Assembly (NCBI GenBank): GCA_030141605.1
Contig: JAQGDQ010000840.1
Span: 24,856 to 88,855 of the forward strand
DNA from: Tubiluchus corallicola
Taxonomy: Eukaryota; Animalia; Priapulida
Reading direction: 5' to 3'
Length of the DNA: 64,000 nt
The translations under genes and the position numbers were made by a program. The notes below the pieces were generated by a model. The model ran no database searches. It was not told the origin of the DNA and saw only the letters and a list, made by a program, of their open reading frames with translations. Shown here piece after piece: positions 39,281 to 52,319 of this stretch. The first letter of the stretch is position 1, and each line of letters opens with the position of its first letter.

Positions 39281-41199
39281 TAGGAGGATAGTGCTGGAGA
39301 AAGAAGTTACTAGTGTCTGGCACATGGACAAAGATTTGGTGCATATCTGAATCACATAGTGTGGACACTGTTGAAACAATGAATACACAGATCGAAAGCT
39401 GCATTTAGCCTCGCCCAGCTTGAAGACAGATCACATATTCTCACAAACTCCCTCGCTGAAAGTGCTTACAGCATGGTAGTAGACAGAAAAACATGGCAAA
39501 ATTTGGTACCAGTAAGTTTGGCACAGGAAAATGTAGATAAGAATAAAATCACTCCAGATAAACTGTAAATAACAATTAAGAGGTCTGCCAAATTCTTGAT
39601 GTTCAACCTTAATAAATGTTAATGCAATTGGCAATCTCTTGTAACCGCATAAAAGCTCTAATTGAAAAAAATAGGAAACTAATTACATTGAAACAGACAG
39701 TGTTTTTATTAAACTGAAAGTTTTCTATCTAGCTAGGACGAGTTTTTCAGCGGCAGATTTTTTAGAGTTTTTTGGCTTGGTGAAACTGAAGAATCTGACT
39801 GTTTCTGATCTTTCCAGGCACTATACATCTACATTCTACATAAGTAACATAACTACTATTCAAGCATAATGTCTCGCCACTGTAATGTGTCCGTACTACT
39901 ACTGGACAAATTTTGGTTGAAGAAATCTTGTATAGTTGGAGAAAATAAAAATAACTATTTTTATAATAACGTACCTGACATTAACTCTCGAAGTATAATT
40001 ATTTTAATGCAATTTCTGCACATGTTTGGGAGTCTCTCTTGTTGCGCAACTCAGAAGAAATAGAATGGAAGATAGAGGAAAAGCTAATTAGATATCAGGT
40101 TACTGGGGAACCCCGCTCTTTGATTGACCTTTTGCGATTATGTATTGGAAAGCTATGAACCAGTTGTGGAGAAAGGGCATCACGACGCGCGATCAAAGCA
40201 AAGGATTGATTTCCCGCATTGCTAAACAACAAAGTGTCAAATTTCAGATTTTCGTTTTTATTAGTGAATTGTGGAGCTTTTTGCTTCCAGCGAAGTAAAA
40301 GCAGATAATTGGTTTATCATCAAAGTACGTAGCACATTACAACGTTTTGTTTAACAAAATTTAGGCTTGCTGTTTTGCTTATGAACATGACGATCAGGGC
40401 GACATGGGATTGAACTTCTGAGTTTGATGATAATGGTTACACCATTAGTCGGAATTTTGGACCGCAGCTTTCATTAATAACCTTTTTATGCCAACACATA
40501 TAAAGTATTATTACCAACTAACAGACACGTACATATAAAATTCCATATTCGTTGGATTTATGGTGACTATGCTGTTACACGTCGTATTTCTAAACATCAT
40601 TTTCAAGGACTGAAGTCTTCCAATATTGAGATTTATATATATTTACAAATAGAATAAAGCGGATTTTATTATGCTAAGCTGACTTTAAAATAGATACTTC
40701 ATATACGATTTCTCATATACCATCCCCGTTATCAAAACTGTTAAAAAGTATAAATTTTTACACCATTAATACTGTAAAGGGTTTCTGATAATTAAATAGT
40801 GTATTTAAATTCTTAGTTGACTAACATGCGAGCTCATCTGATGATGATATCACAAACTAGTATAATTTTTAACATCAAAAACCTTCCATGAGTGTGTTTG
40901 TGAAAGCAAAAATAGAAGTACAGCGCTACTGTAAGATATTCAGTGTGTTGTACTAAAACTAAGCAAGTGTTAATATAAAATTCCAAATTTCAGATTTACT
41001 GCTGTGCTCACGCACGAGCTGTTGAACATGTGCTGTTTGTCACACACTAACACACCTGAAGTGTGAGATACAGCACTTATTTTTTGTGCAACGCTTTCTG
41101 AAATGCAGGCACTGGTGCCCATCTAACTAACAGACGGAAAAATGCTTGTAACAGTAACGAACTTCTGGCGCACAAATGAAATTGCTTGCTTACCCACTT

Positions 41200-41810
41200 A
41201 CCTACTTTCTTATTTACTTACTTACTTACTTACCTATTTACTTACCTACTTACCTACCTACCTACCTGCCTACTTACCTTTACCTACCTACCTCCCTACT
41301 TACTTACCTACCTATCTACCTACTTACATACCTGCCTCCCTACCTACCTTTTTACCTCCCTACCAACCTACTTACCTACCTACGTAACTTCTTACCTACT
41401 ACCTACCTCCTTACCTACTTACCTACCTACCTCCTTCCCTACCTACCTTCTTACCTACCTACCTACCTATTTACCTACCTCCCTACCTACTTACCAACCT
41501 ACCTTCTTATCTACCTACCTAACTACCTACTACCTACCTCCCTACCTACTTACCAACCTACCTTCTTATCTACCTACCTAACACTACCTACTACCTACCT
41601 ACCTATTTACCTACCTCCCTACCTACTTACCAACCTACCTTCTTATCTAACTACCTACTACCTACCTACCTTTTTACCTACTTACCTCCCTACGTACCTT
41701 CTTACCTACCTACCTACCTACCTATTTACCTACCTCCCTACCTACTTACCAACCTACCTTCTTATCTACCTACCTAACTACCTACTACCTACCTACCTAC
41801 CTATTTACTA
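41200..41810. repeat. (TACC/TACT)n degenerate tetranucleotide satellite
   Basis: Low complexity; explains the LPTY ORFs. Confidence 0.93.
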
Positions 41811-41966
41811 GTAAGCAAGAATCATATGGCTGTCACTAAGTGTTCATGTTTCAGTTGAAATTCTGTACGTCTTCAAATACAAATTTTTGAATTGATTCAA
41901 TTGTTTTTTGAACTTGTTTTCAGCAGATAAAGTTTAATGCGACACGATAAAGTTTAGCTGTACAAG

Positions 41967-43145
41967 ATGGAACTGAGTGGAGAAAATTCTTTCATGGATG
42001 TAAAAACTGAAACCGAGACTTTGCTTGATCTGTCAGTTGAGAACAACAAAAGTTGTAACAATGACGAGCTGCTGCAAGAGACTTCAAAAACTAGTGAGTT
42101 TAAAACCGAATGTGACATCTCATTTGCTAATGCTGACATGTGTGATGTAAAATGTCAAAATGAAACGAATGATTTCAAGATTTCTGTTTCTTATTCTTGT
42201 GATTTGAAACATCATAAAATGGCCCGTGAAGGTGAACGAGTGTTTCAATGTAGCAAGTGCACTGCTGCATTCAGTTCATCACATAAATTAAAACTGCATC
42301 ACAGAACTCACATAGGAGAAAGACCATTTAAGTGTACTCAGTGTGATGCTGCCTTTCGTTTTGCCGTTAACTTAAAAATACATGGAAAAACTCATGGTCA
42401 CGAGTGTAAGGCTTTTAAGTGCGATTATTGTTCAGCTGACTTTGATCTGTTGGGTGGTTTAAAGCAACATCTAAGAAGGGCTCATCTTGAAGTGAAACCT
42501 TATAAATGTACTCACTGTTCTGCTGCCTTTGCGGATTCAAGCAATTTGACTCAGCATCTGAGAACTCACACAGGAGAAAAGCCTTTTATGTGTCATTATT
42601 GTGGAGCAGCTTTTTCTCAGTCAAACAGTTTCAAGCGCCATCTGAAGACCCATACAGGAGAAAAACCTTACAAGTGTAGTTACTGCAACGCTGCTTTTAC
42701 CGAATCAGCAAATTTGAAAAAGCATGTAAGGACACACACGGGGGAAAAGCCATATAAATGTCTTCAGTGTGACATTGCTTTTGCTGATTCTACCAGATTG
42801 AAGAAGCACTTAAGAGTTCACACGAGGGAAAAACCTTTCAAGTGTAGCCATTGCTCTGCTGCCTTTGCTCAGTCGGGAAGCTTGAAAGACCATCTCAGGT
42901 GCCACACAGGAGAGAAGCCTTACATGTGCACACAGTGTGATGCAGCCTTTGGTTATTTATGGACATTGAAACAACACCTAAAAACTCACACCAAGGAAAA
43001 ACCATTTAAGTGTAATGTATGTGACATTGCTTTTACTCGTCTGGATGGATTAAAGCGGCATCAACAGACTTCTAAAAAACATTTGGGGGAAAGACACAGG
43101 TCAATAGCAAACATCAAAAACAGCAGATTTAGTTCTTCTGTATAG
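41967..43145 (+). CDS. C2H2 zinc-finger protein, 392 aa, 10 fingers
   Basis: Acidic N-terminus followed by a tandem C2H2 array with HTGEKPY/F linkers; acceptor TTTTCAGCAG ending at 41926. Confidence 0.93.
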   Translation: MELSGENSFMDVKTETETLLDLSVENNKSCNNDELLQETSKTSEFKTECDISFANADMCDVKCQNETNDFKISVSYSCDLKHHKMAREGERVFQCSKCTAAFSSSHKLKLHHRTHIGERPFKCTQCDAAFRFAVNLKIHGKTHGHECKAFKCDYCSADFDLLGGLKQHLRRAHLEVKPYKCTHCSAAFADSSNLTQHLRTHTGEKPFMCHYCGAAFSQSNSFKRHLKTHTGEKPYKCSYCNAAFTESANLKKHVRTHTGEKPYKCLQCDIAFADSTRLKKHLRVHTREKPFKCSHCSAAFAQSGSLKDHLRCHTGEKPYMCTQCDAAFGYLWTLKQHLKTHTKEKPFKCNVCDIAFTRLDGLKRHQQTSKKHLGERHRSIANIKNSRFSSSV

Positions 43146-43194
43146 TAGGCTATGCAGTAGTATCTCTAGATCAGGACAAAAAATCAATAATTAC

Positions 43195-43932
43195 GGTAGC
43201 AAAAACGACCGTAAGTTGTTAAGCTTTTTTAGCTATTCACAGCGTCCCAAATCTCTGTTTCATGAGGATCATTTTGATACCAAGCTCATTGCTCTATGTT
43301 ATTTCTAACCTGAAATAATCCATATTGAAGTTGAGGTGCAGGCTACACACTGAAAAACACAATCTTGAGACAATTAGCCACTGTTTTTTGTTTCGTATCT
43401 ACAAAATACTTAGCAGCCATATAAATGGATGGTTGCTGTGGAAATTGTAAGAACACATTTATGTTTAAATCCCAAAGATGGCTCTCCACACTAAGATCTG
43501 TGCTTGGCAATAGAAAAAATTACGAATCTGACAAACGCAGGACTGGTTTTCTTTACAAGCATACAATTTTCTTTGTTGCATAGTTATTTCTACTGATGTT
43601 ATGTTTAACTGTGGTCTAATTACAGAAATTTTGGCTAAATTGACTTTAGCAATAGATTTTCTTGTTTACGAAAATGTTTGCTGCAACTTCAACATGGATT
43701 ATCTGAGCTTACAAATAACACAGAGCGATGGGCTTGGTACCAAAATGATCCTCATAAGATGGAGATTTAGGATATGTGAATAACCAGAAAACATTAATTG
43801 CCGAGTTATGGGCAATTTTGCAAGCTCACAAATGTATATAAGTTTGTATGTTGTGTTCTTGTAATTTTATATATATATAACTAGAAAAGGTTACCAACTT
43901 ATGGATGTTTTTGCTATGCTAGCACATATATA
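43195..43932. mobile_element. Foldback-like non-autonomous DNA element with long imperfect inverted arms
   Basis: 43225-43335 (..GAGGATCATTTTGATACCAAGCTCAT..TTGAAGTTG) is approximately the reverse complement of 43685-43792; same family as 62936-63607. Confidence 0.75.
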
Positions 43933-45831
43933 TTTATTATTATGATAAATGTCCTTTAATCAACTTTTCTCTATATGTTTGTGTTAATTTTGTGTTTACA
44001 AAGCAGTTAGTAAATGCTACAATTACATTACACGTAAATAGTATTATAGGCAAATGCAATGCAACACAGAAGTTTTAAAAGCATTAATTTTATTAATTTA
44101 GCAGAAAATGAATTTCCAGCTAGTCTGATTTAATAAAAACTTCTATAAATTGGTAATAAAGAAAACCTTGTTTTATGCTGCATGTTAGTAAATCCAGTCA
44201 TTATCCATTTGGGCACCTATTACCTATGTGCATGAAATGCCTATAGCTATAAAAAATAATTCTGTTTTTCTCTATAATTCTGTGAATAATTCTATAAAAA
44301 TATGTATATGCTAATGTATACTATGGTGCATTAAAAGTTTATTAGATACTAAAATTAATGCAGCTAATTTTATTTCCTTATAGGAAACAGGAAGTTCCTG
44401 TGTACATAACCCTCTTGTGATACTAACTGTAGCAGACTTATCCTTTTTGGTTATCTTACTTATCGTGCACGAGGCGCCATCTGTGAAGGAAAATGTAAAG
44501 CTTTTGGTTTTGGCCAGTTTTTCTGTTTGTTACCTGCTAGGCACTTGTCTGGTATTACACACCTGTGCTCTGAACAGTCAGGTTAATCCACTTTATGGGA
44601 TGTGTGAGACATTTATGTTATGTTGGACATACTGATTATGTTACAGCATTCAGTGGTATTAACCTCTGTTGACAGTGTTTCCATGACTACACTAACTATA
44701 AATGTAGAACTGATTTCCATGTTGACTGTATTAACCGTTAATGTCTTTGCCCTACAAGGAAAGGGCAGCAATGATAGATATTGTATTACAATTTGTCTTT
44801 GTGTGCAAATAAAATACTTGCAATAAAAAAAATACCATTAATTAATTATCTATCATACTGTGTTGTTCAGAATGTTGATGACGAATTCTGCAGCAGAATA
44901 CTGATTCTACTGCTGTTGTTATTAGCCTGTTAAAGTTTTTTAAGATTTTTGTCATCTGCAAAATTAATAAAAATATCGTTGACTCAATTGAATCCATACT
45001 TTTAAGTACGAATCGAATTTAAATTTAAAATTTTTCCAGCACCATTTTGGAACATTTGAACCCGATTCGAACTCGAACTTTGTATGCTCACCCATACCCA
45101 GAGGCCAGAGTAAGTTACAAATACCTACACAATAAACTGCACGTCAGAGTGGCACCCAGTTCTTAACGCCATACACCGCAATGAAAATGTTACAAGGGCA
45201 GGAGTCCGCTATCAAGTTTGCCTGTCTTTCTGTCACGCGCCCGTGGCCAACAGATAGGAGGCGCCACCGGGATAATCATGAACTGCTACGTTAGTTTTTG
45301 ATGTAAGTAATAGCTGTGTTCGTTTGCCGTTATTTAACTTTCTAAACTAATTATTAAAATATAAGAAACAATTACTAATTTTTATACGCAAGAAAATGCA
45401 TATATTGGACAGTAAACTGAAATGAGATTGAGTCAAAATAATCATCCATCAAGTTTAGGGCTGCTTCCCGAGAATGTTTAATGAATTATAAATGAAAGCT
45501 CAGATTTTTTAAAGTTACATAATGTCTAAATATCATTTCAGATAAGCTATTCCTGCATTTTTGTGTTTGAACTGAGTTACTCACTTATGAACAAATCGTC
45601 TCTTAACACTTTAGAAAGTACTTAAGACAGTTTCATAATTTTAAATTAACAGTTTCTTAGAATACTCTAACCAAGTGTCAATCTCAGATACACTAAGCAC
45701 AAAATTTATTTTACAAACAACAGGTTTATAAGACAACAAAATAAGTTCAAGTTAGTATCACAAATCAAACAATTCTTTTCAAACATAACTTAACAACATG
45801 ATTACAATACATACAGTATATGAGTATTTTA

Positions 45832-47709
45832 TCATCTGTGACTCCTTTGATGTTTTTTAAGGTTGCCAAGGCAAGAAAATGTAGTTTCACACTGCTCACA
45901 CTTGAAAGGTTTCTCTCCAGTATGAAGCCTTAAGTGCTGCTTCAAACCACCTGTTTGTCTGAAAGAAGCACTACACTGCTCACATTTAAATGGCTTTTCT
46001 CCTGTGTGAGTTCTTAGATGTAATTTCAAAGTACCAGAGTGAGAAAATACAGACTCACAGTGTTTACATTCGAAGGGTTTTTCTCCTGTGTGAGTTCTTA
46101 AGTGCTGCTTCAGATTCCCTGAATTGGTGAAAGCAGCACTACACCAGATGCACTTATAAGGTTTTTCTCCTGTATGAATCCTTAAGTGCTGTTTAAAAGT
46201 GCTAGAATAATTGAAGGTAGCCCCACACTGACTACACAAGTAAACTGTTGAAGGCGTTTCACCTGCGCAAGCTATCAAATGTTTATTCCTATTTCCTGAT
46301 TGGGCAAAAGAAGCATCACAATGATTGCATTTAAATGGCTTTTCACCAGTATGAGTCTTTAAATGTTGCTTTAGGTAGCTTGAAACAGTAAAGCCTGCAC
46401 CACAATGATTGCACTTGTGTGGCTTTTCACTAGTGTGAACTCTTCTTAAGTGCTGGTTTAAATTGCCCAACCATCCAAAAACAGCATCACATTGACTACA
46501 TTGAAAAGGTTTTTTTCCAATATGAATTTTTGAATGTCGTTTCAGTTCGTTGGCAAATTCAAAAGGAAGCTGGCACTGTGTACACTTGAATGGTTTTTCT
46601 TCCGTGTGACTTTCCAAGTGCTGCTTCAGCTCATTATCATCACTGAAAGTAATGCCACATTGGTAACACAAAAACTTTACCGGACAAATTTGCAGGTGCC
46701 GATTTAGATTGCCAGATTTGAAATATGCAAAATTGCAGCGACTACATTTAAATGGTTTTTGTGCTGCATGAGTTCTTGAATGCAGTTTTAACGCAGCTGA
46801 ACTGGTAAAAGCAGTATCACAGCGACCACATTTAAAACGTTTCTCGACCGAGTGAGTCTTTAGGTGTCGTGTTAATCCAAGCGAAAGATTAAATGCAGCT
46901 GAGCAGTGACTACATTTAAAAAGCTTTTCTCCTGCGTGAGCTTTTTGATGTTGTTTCAGGTTACTTGACCAAGCAAATGCGGCAGCACACTGATCACATT
47001 TGAATGGCTTTTCACCAGTGTGAATTCTCAAATGCTGTTTCAAACTGCCAGACTGGACAAAAGCAGCACTACACTCATTGCATTTAAAAGGCTTTTCTCC
47101 TGTATGAATTTTTTGGTGTTGATTTAAATTGCTCGATCGAGCAAAAGTAGCATCACATTGACGACATTTAAAAAGTTTTTCACCTGTATGAATTTTTGAA
47201 TGTTGTTTTAAACTGGCTGATTGAGTGAAGGTAGCATAGCATTGGTTGCATTTAAAAGGCTTCTCTCCCGTATGAATTCTTTGATGTTGTTTTAAGTTAC
47301 TTGACCAAGCAAAGGTAGCATCACATTGATTACACTGAAATAATTTCTTTCTGGTATGAATTTTTAAATGCTGCTTTAAAGACGAATTTTGAGCAAAAGC
47401 AGTGTGACACTTGTTGCATTTAAAAGGCTCCTCTCTTACGTGACTTCCTTCATCACATTTCAAATAGTCAGAATCAACAAAGGTAACATCGCATTCAGTT
47501 TTTGTAGGTAAACTAGATGCTTCGATGTTCTGATCACCGTTGCTGCTTCCATTTGTAGCAAATGAGTCATCACTCTCATGTTTTACTATTGCACCAGCAG
47601 TTGCTTCTATAAACTCGTCTGTTCCTTCATCACTTGTCTTATTCATCAGTTCACCATCTTCTTTCTTTGCAGCTATGGTGGCAAACCTTTCCTCCTCATC
47701 ATCAGTCAT
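45832..47709 (-). CDS. C2H2 zinc-finger protein, about 625 aa from ATG 47709, 19 fingers (two C2HC variants)
   Basis: MTDDEEERF... acidic N-terminus, then 19 CxxC fingers with TGEKPF linkers. The ORF track's GTG start is unlikely in an animal. Acceptor-like AGs at ~47733 and ~47756. Confidence 0.93.
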   Translation of the reverse strand: MTDDEEERFATIAAKKEDGELMNKTSDEGTDEFIEATAGAIVKHESDDSFATNGSSNGDQNIEASSLPTKTECDVTFVDSDYLKCDEGSHVREEPFKCNKCHTAFAQNSSLKQHLKIHTRKKLFQCNQCDATFAWSSNLKQHQRIHTGEKPFKCNQCYATFTQSASLKQHSKIHTGEKLFKCRQCDATFARSSNLNQHQKIHTGEKPFKCNECSAAFVQSGSLKQHLRIHTGEKPFKCDQCAAAFAWSSNLKQHQKAHAGEKLFKCSHCSAAFNLSLGLTRHLKTHSVEKRFKCGRCDTAFTSSAALKLHSRTHAAQKPFKCSRCNFAYFKSGNLNRHLQICPVKFLCYQCGITFSDDNELKQHLESHTEEKPFKCTQCQLPFEFANELKRHSKIHIGKKPFQCSQCDAVFGWLGNLNQHLRRVHTSEKPHKCNHCGAGFTVSSYLKQHLKTHTGEKPFKCNHCDASFAQSGNRNKHLIACAGETPSTVYLCSQCGATFNYSSTFKQHLRIHTGEKPYKCIWCSAAFTNSGNLKQHLRTHTGEKPFECKHCESVFSHSGTLKLHLRTHTGEKPFKCEQCSASFRQTGGLKQHLRLHTGEKPFKCEQCETTFSCLGNLKKHQRSHR

Positions 47710-47845
47710 CTTGGACTTGACAAAGTTGATTTCTACAAAAATAACAAATTTCACACTGAAGATTTATTTATTTGCAATGAACACTGATAACAGAAATTTA
47801 AGAAGCTAAATAAAACGCATATCGAAGTTAATGTAAATTGCATGG

Positions 47846-50800
47846 AAAATATATTCACTTGATACTGAACCAAAAAGAAAAAGATTTTCAAGAAGTATGT
47901 ACACTTGATATTAAACCAAGAAAGAAAAGATTTTCAAGAAGTATATTCACTTGATATTAAACCAAGAAAGAAAAGATTTTCAAGAAGTATGTCCACTTGA
48001 TATTAAACCAAGAAAGAAAAGATTTTCAAGAAGTATGTTCACTTGATATTAAACCAAGAAAGAAAAGATTTTTAAGAAGTATGTCCACTTGATATTAAAC
48101 CAAGAAAGAAAAGATTTTCAAGAAGTATGTTCACTTGATATTAAACCAAAAAGAAAAAGATTTTCAAAGAGTATGTACACTTGATATTAAACCAAAAAGA
48201 AAAAGATTTTCAAAGAGTATGTACACTTGATATTAAACCAAGAAAGAAAAGATTTTCAAAAAAGTATGTACACTTGATATTAAACCAAAAAGAAAAAGAT
48301 TTTCAAGAAGCATGTACACTTGATATTAAACCAAGAAAGAAAAGATTTTCAAGAAGTATGTTCACTTGATATTAAACCAAAAAGAAAAAGATTTTCAAAG
48401 AGTATGTACACTTGATATTAAACCAAAAAGAAAAAGATTTTCAAAGAGTATGTACACTTGATATTAAACCAAGAAAGAAAAGATTTTCAAGAAGTATGTG
48501 CACTTGATATTAAACCAAGAAAGAAAAGATTTTCAAGAAGTATGTCCACTTGATATTAAACCAAGAAAGAAAAGATTTTCAAGAAGTATGTTCACTTGAT
48601 ATTAAACCAAGAAAGAAAAGATTTTTAAGAAGTATGTCCACTTGATATTAAACCAAGAAAGAAAAGATTTTCAAGAAGTATGTTCACTTGATATTAAACC
48701 AAAAAGAAAAAGATTTTCAAAGAGTATGTACACTTGATATTAAACCAAAAAGAAAAAGATTTTCAAAGAGTATGTACACTTGATATTAAACCAAGAAAGA
48801 AAAGATTTTCAAAAAAGTATGTACACTTGATATTCAACCAAAAAGAAAAAGATTTTCAAGAAGTATGTACACTTGATATTAAACCAAAAAGAAAAAGATT
48901 TTCAAAGAGTATGTACACTTGATATTAAACCAAAAAGAAAAAGATTTTCAAAGAGTATGTACACTTGATATTAAACCAAGAAAGAAAAGATTTTCAAAAA
49001 AGTATGTACACTTGATATTCAACCAAAAAGAAAAAGATTTTCAAGAAGTATGTACACTTGAAATCAAACCAAGAAAGAAAAGATTTTTAAGAAGTATGTC
49101 CACTTGATATTAAACCAAGAAAGAAAAGATTTTCAAGAAGTATGTTCACTTGATATTAAACCAAAAAGAAAAAGATTTTCAAAGAGTATGTACACTTGAT
49201 ATTAAACCAAAAAGAAAAAGATTTTCAAAGAGTATGTACACTTGATATTAAACCAAGAAAGAAAAGATTTTCAAAAAAGTATGTACACTTGATATTAAAC
49301 CAAAAAGAAAAAGATTTTCAAGAAGTATGTACACTTGATATTAAACCAAGAAAGAAAAGATTTTCAAGAAGTATGTTCACTTGATATTAAACCAAAAAGA
49401 AAAAGATTTTCAAAGAGTATGTACACTTGATATTAAACCAAAAAGAAAAAGATTTTCAAAGAGTATGTACACTTGATATTAAACCAAGAAAGAAAAGATT
49501 TTCAAGAAGTATGTACACTTGATATTAAACCAAGAAAGAAAAGATTTTCAAGAAGTATGTCCACTTGATATTAAACCAAGAAAGAAAAGATTTTCAAGAA
49601 GTATGTTCACTTGATATTAAACCAAGAAAGAAAAGATTTTTAAGAAGTATGTCCACTTGATATTAAACCAAGAAAGAAAAGATTTTCAAGAAGTATGTTC
49701 ACTTGATATTAAACCAAAAAGAAAAAGATTTTCAAAGAGTATGTACACTTGATATTAAACCAAAAAGAAAAAGATTTTCAAAGAGTATGTACACTTGATA
49801 TTAAACCAAGAAAGAAAAGATTTTCAAAAAAGTATGTACACTTGATATTCAACCAAAAAGAAAAAGATTTTCAAGAAGTATGTACACTTGATATTAAACC
49901 AAAAAGAAAAAGATTTTCAAAGAGTATGTACACTTGATATTAAACCAAAAAGAAAAAGATTTTCAAAGAGTATGTACACTTGATATTAAACCAAGAAGGA
50001 AAAGATTTTCAAAAAGTATGTACACTTGATATTCAACCAAAAAGAAAAGATTTTCAAGAAGTATGTACACTTGAAATCAAACCAAGAAGGAAAATATTTT
50101 CAAGAAGTATGTTCATTTGAAATCAAACCAAGAAGGAAAATATTTTCAAGAAGTATGTTCATTTGATATTAAACCAAAAAGAAAAGATTTTCAAAGAGTA
50201 TGTTCATTTGATATTAAACCAAGAAAGAAAAGATTTTCAAGAAGTATGTTCATTTGATATTAGACCAAGAAAGAAAAGATTTTCAAAAAAGTATGTACAC
50301 TTGATATTAAACCAAAAAGAAAAAGATTTTCAAGAAGTATGTACACTTGATATTAAACCAAGAAAGAAAAGATTTTCAAGAAGTATGTACACTTGATATT
50401 AAACCAAAAAGAAAAAGACTTTCAAAAAGTATGTTCACTTGATATTAAACCAAGAAGAAAAAGATTTTCAAAAAGTATATTCACTTGATATTAAACCAAG
50501 AAGGAAAAGATTTTCAAGAAGTATGTCTACTTGAAATCAAACCAAGAAGGAAAAGATTTTCAAGAAGTATGTTCATTTGAAATCAAACCAAGAAGGAAAA
50601 TATTTTCAAGAAGTATGTTCACTTGATATTAAACCAAGAAAGAAAAGATTTTCAAGAAGTATGTACACTTGATATTAAACCAAGAAAGAAAAGATTTTCA
50701 AGAAGTATGTACACTTGATATTAAACCAAAAAGAAAAAGATTTTCAAAAAGTATGTTCACTTGATATTAAACCAAGAAGAAAAAGATTTTCAAAAAGTAT

Positions 50801-51673
50801 ATTCACTTGATATTAAACCAAGAAGGAAAAGATTTTCAAGAAGTATGTTTACTTAATATTAAACCAAGAAGGAAAAGATTTTCAAGAAGTATGTACACAA
50901 AAACAAAAAAAAACAAAGTATTCACTTGAATAAACCAAAAGAAAGATTTTCAAAGTATTCACTTGATATTAAACCAAGAAAGAAAAGATTTTCAAAAGTA
51001 TTCACTTGAATAACCAAAAGAAAAGATTTTCAAGAAGTATAAAAAAAAAACATTGATATTAAACCAAGAAGGAAGATTTTCAAGAAGTATATTCACTTGA
51101 TATTGAACCAAGAAAGAAAAGATTTTCAAGAAGTATATTCACTTGATATTAAACCAAGAAGGAAAAGATTTTCAAGAAGTATATTCACTTGATATTAAAC
51201 CAAGAAGGAAGATTTTCAAGAAGTATGTACACTTGATATTAAACCAAGAAGGAAAAGATTTTCAAGAAGTATGTACACTTGATATTAAACCAAGAAGGAA
51301 AAGATTTTCAAGAAGTATGTACACTTGATATTAAACCAAGAAGGAAAAGATTTTCAAGAAGTATGTTCACTTGATATTAAACCAAGAAGGAAGATTTTCA
51401 AGAAGTATATTCACTTGATATTGAACCAAGAAAGAAAAGATTTTCAAGAAGTATATTCACTTGATATTAAACCAAGAAGGAAAAGATTTTCAAGAAGTAT
51501 ATTCACTTGATATTAAACCAAGAAGGAAGATTTTCAAGAAGTATGTACACTTGATATTAAACCAAGAAGGAAGATTTTCAAGAAGTATGTACACTTGATA
51601 TTAAACCAAGAAGGAAAAGATTTTCAAGAAGTATATTCACTTGATATTAAACCAAGAAGGAAGATTTTCAAGA
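47846..51673. repeat. 46/47-bp satellite, about 83 copies, with higher-order structure
   Basis: Unit CACTTGATATTAAACCAAGAAAGAAAAGATTTTCAAGAAGTATGTA; variant patterns repeat at 1015-bp spacing (48181/49196 and 48734/49749). Confidence 0.97.
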
Positions 51674-52319
51674 ACTTCGTACAAAATGACATATTACTAT
51701 GGCACAAATCAAAATCATTCTTCTCAGTCTTAAATGATAAACATCAAAACCAACTTTGTTATATGTTATTAGTTTGTTATATGTTAGTATTTCATCAAGT
51801 ATGGTAGTGTTGTCACTTTGACAGGTGAGAAGTGAAAGGTATTTCAAAAGAATTTAGCCTTTAAACACATGAGCTCAAAAAATACGTTCAAATATGTCTC
51901 TACTGTCGGAATATACGAAGAACACCGATGTTAAAGGCAGTCAAAACTGTGGCAGCATTATGGTGTCAATTGTGCCAACACTCCCCCTATCACAATGGTT
52001 ACATCCCACTTGTGGGGGGAAGCATTTACTCGTGACATCACTTGGTTTAAGAAGTGATGTGACACTTAACAAAATGAGTGTTATACATAAAAAAAATCCA
52101 ACAGCATTGGACAATCAAGGACTACGCTACACTTATAACAAACCAAAATTGACTTGCAAAATAAATTATTTTAAATCTCTACTTATTATTGTTTGCAGGG
52201 GTAGGCAAAATCAGACTCAGGTACCTTTTTCTTATACCCATCGGTTACCCGATTGTTAAGAGTCAGTGGCAGTGAATAAATTGTTACTGGAAATCAAAAC
52301 AACCTCATATGCATTCCAG

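Noticed and set aside
34073-47756. lola/mod(mdg4)-style shared N-terminal exon spliced onto alternative ZF exons
   Set aside because: In-frame stops lie between the acceptor and the ATG for ZF1 (TGA) and ZF2 (TAG), so the upstream exons are non-coding. Only ZF3 is open to its acceptor.
48181-51807. Series of ~62-aa basic ORFs containing PRKKR (NLS-like)
   Set aside because: Frame-rotating read-through of a 46-bp satellite with TTG starts.
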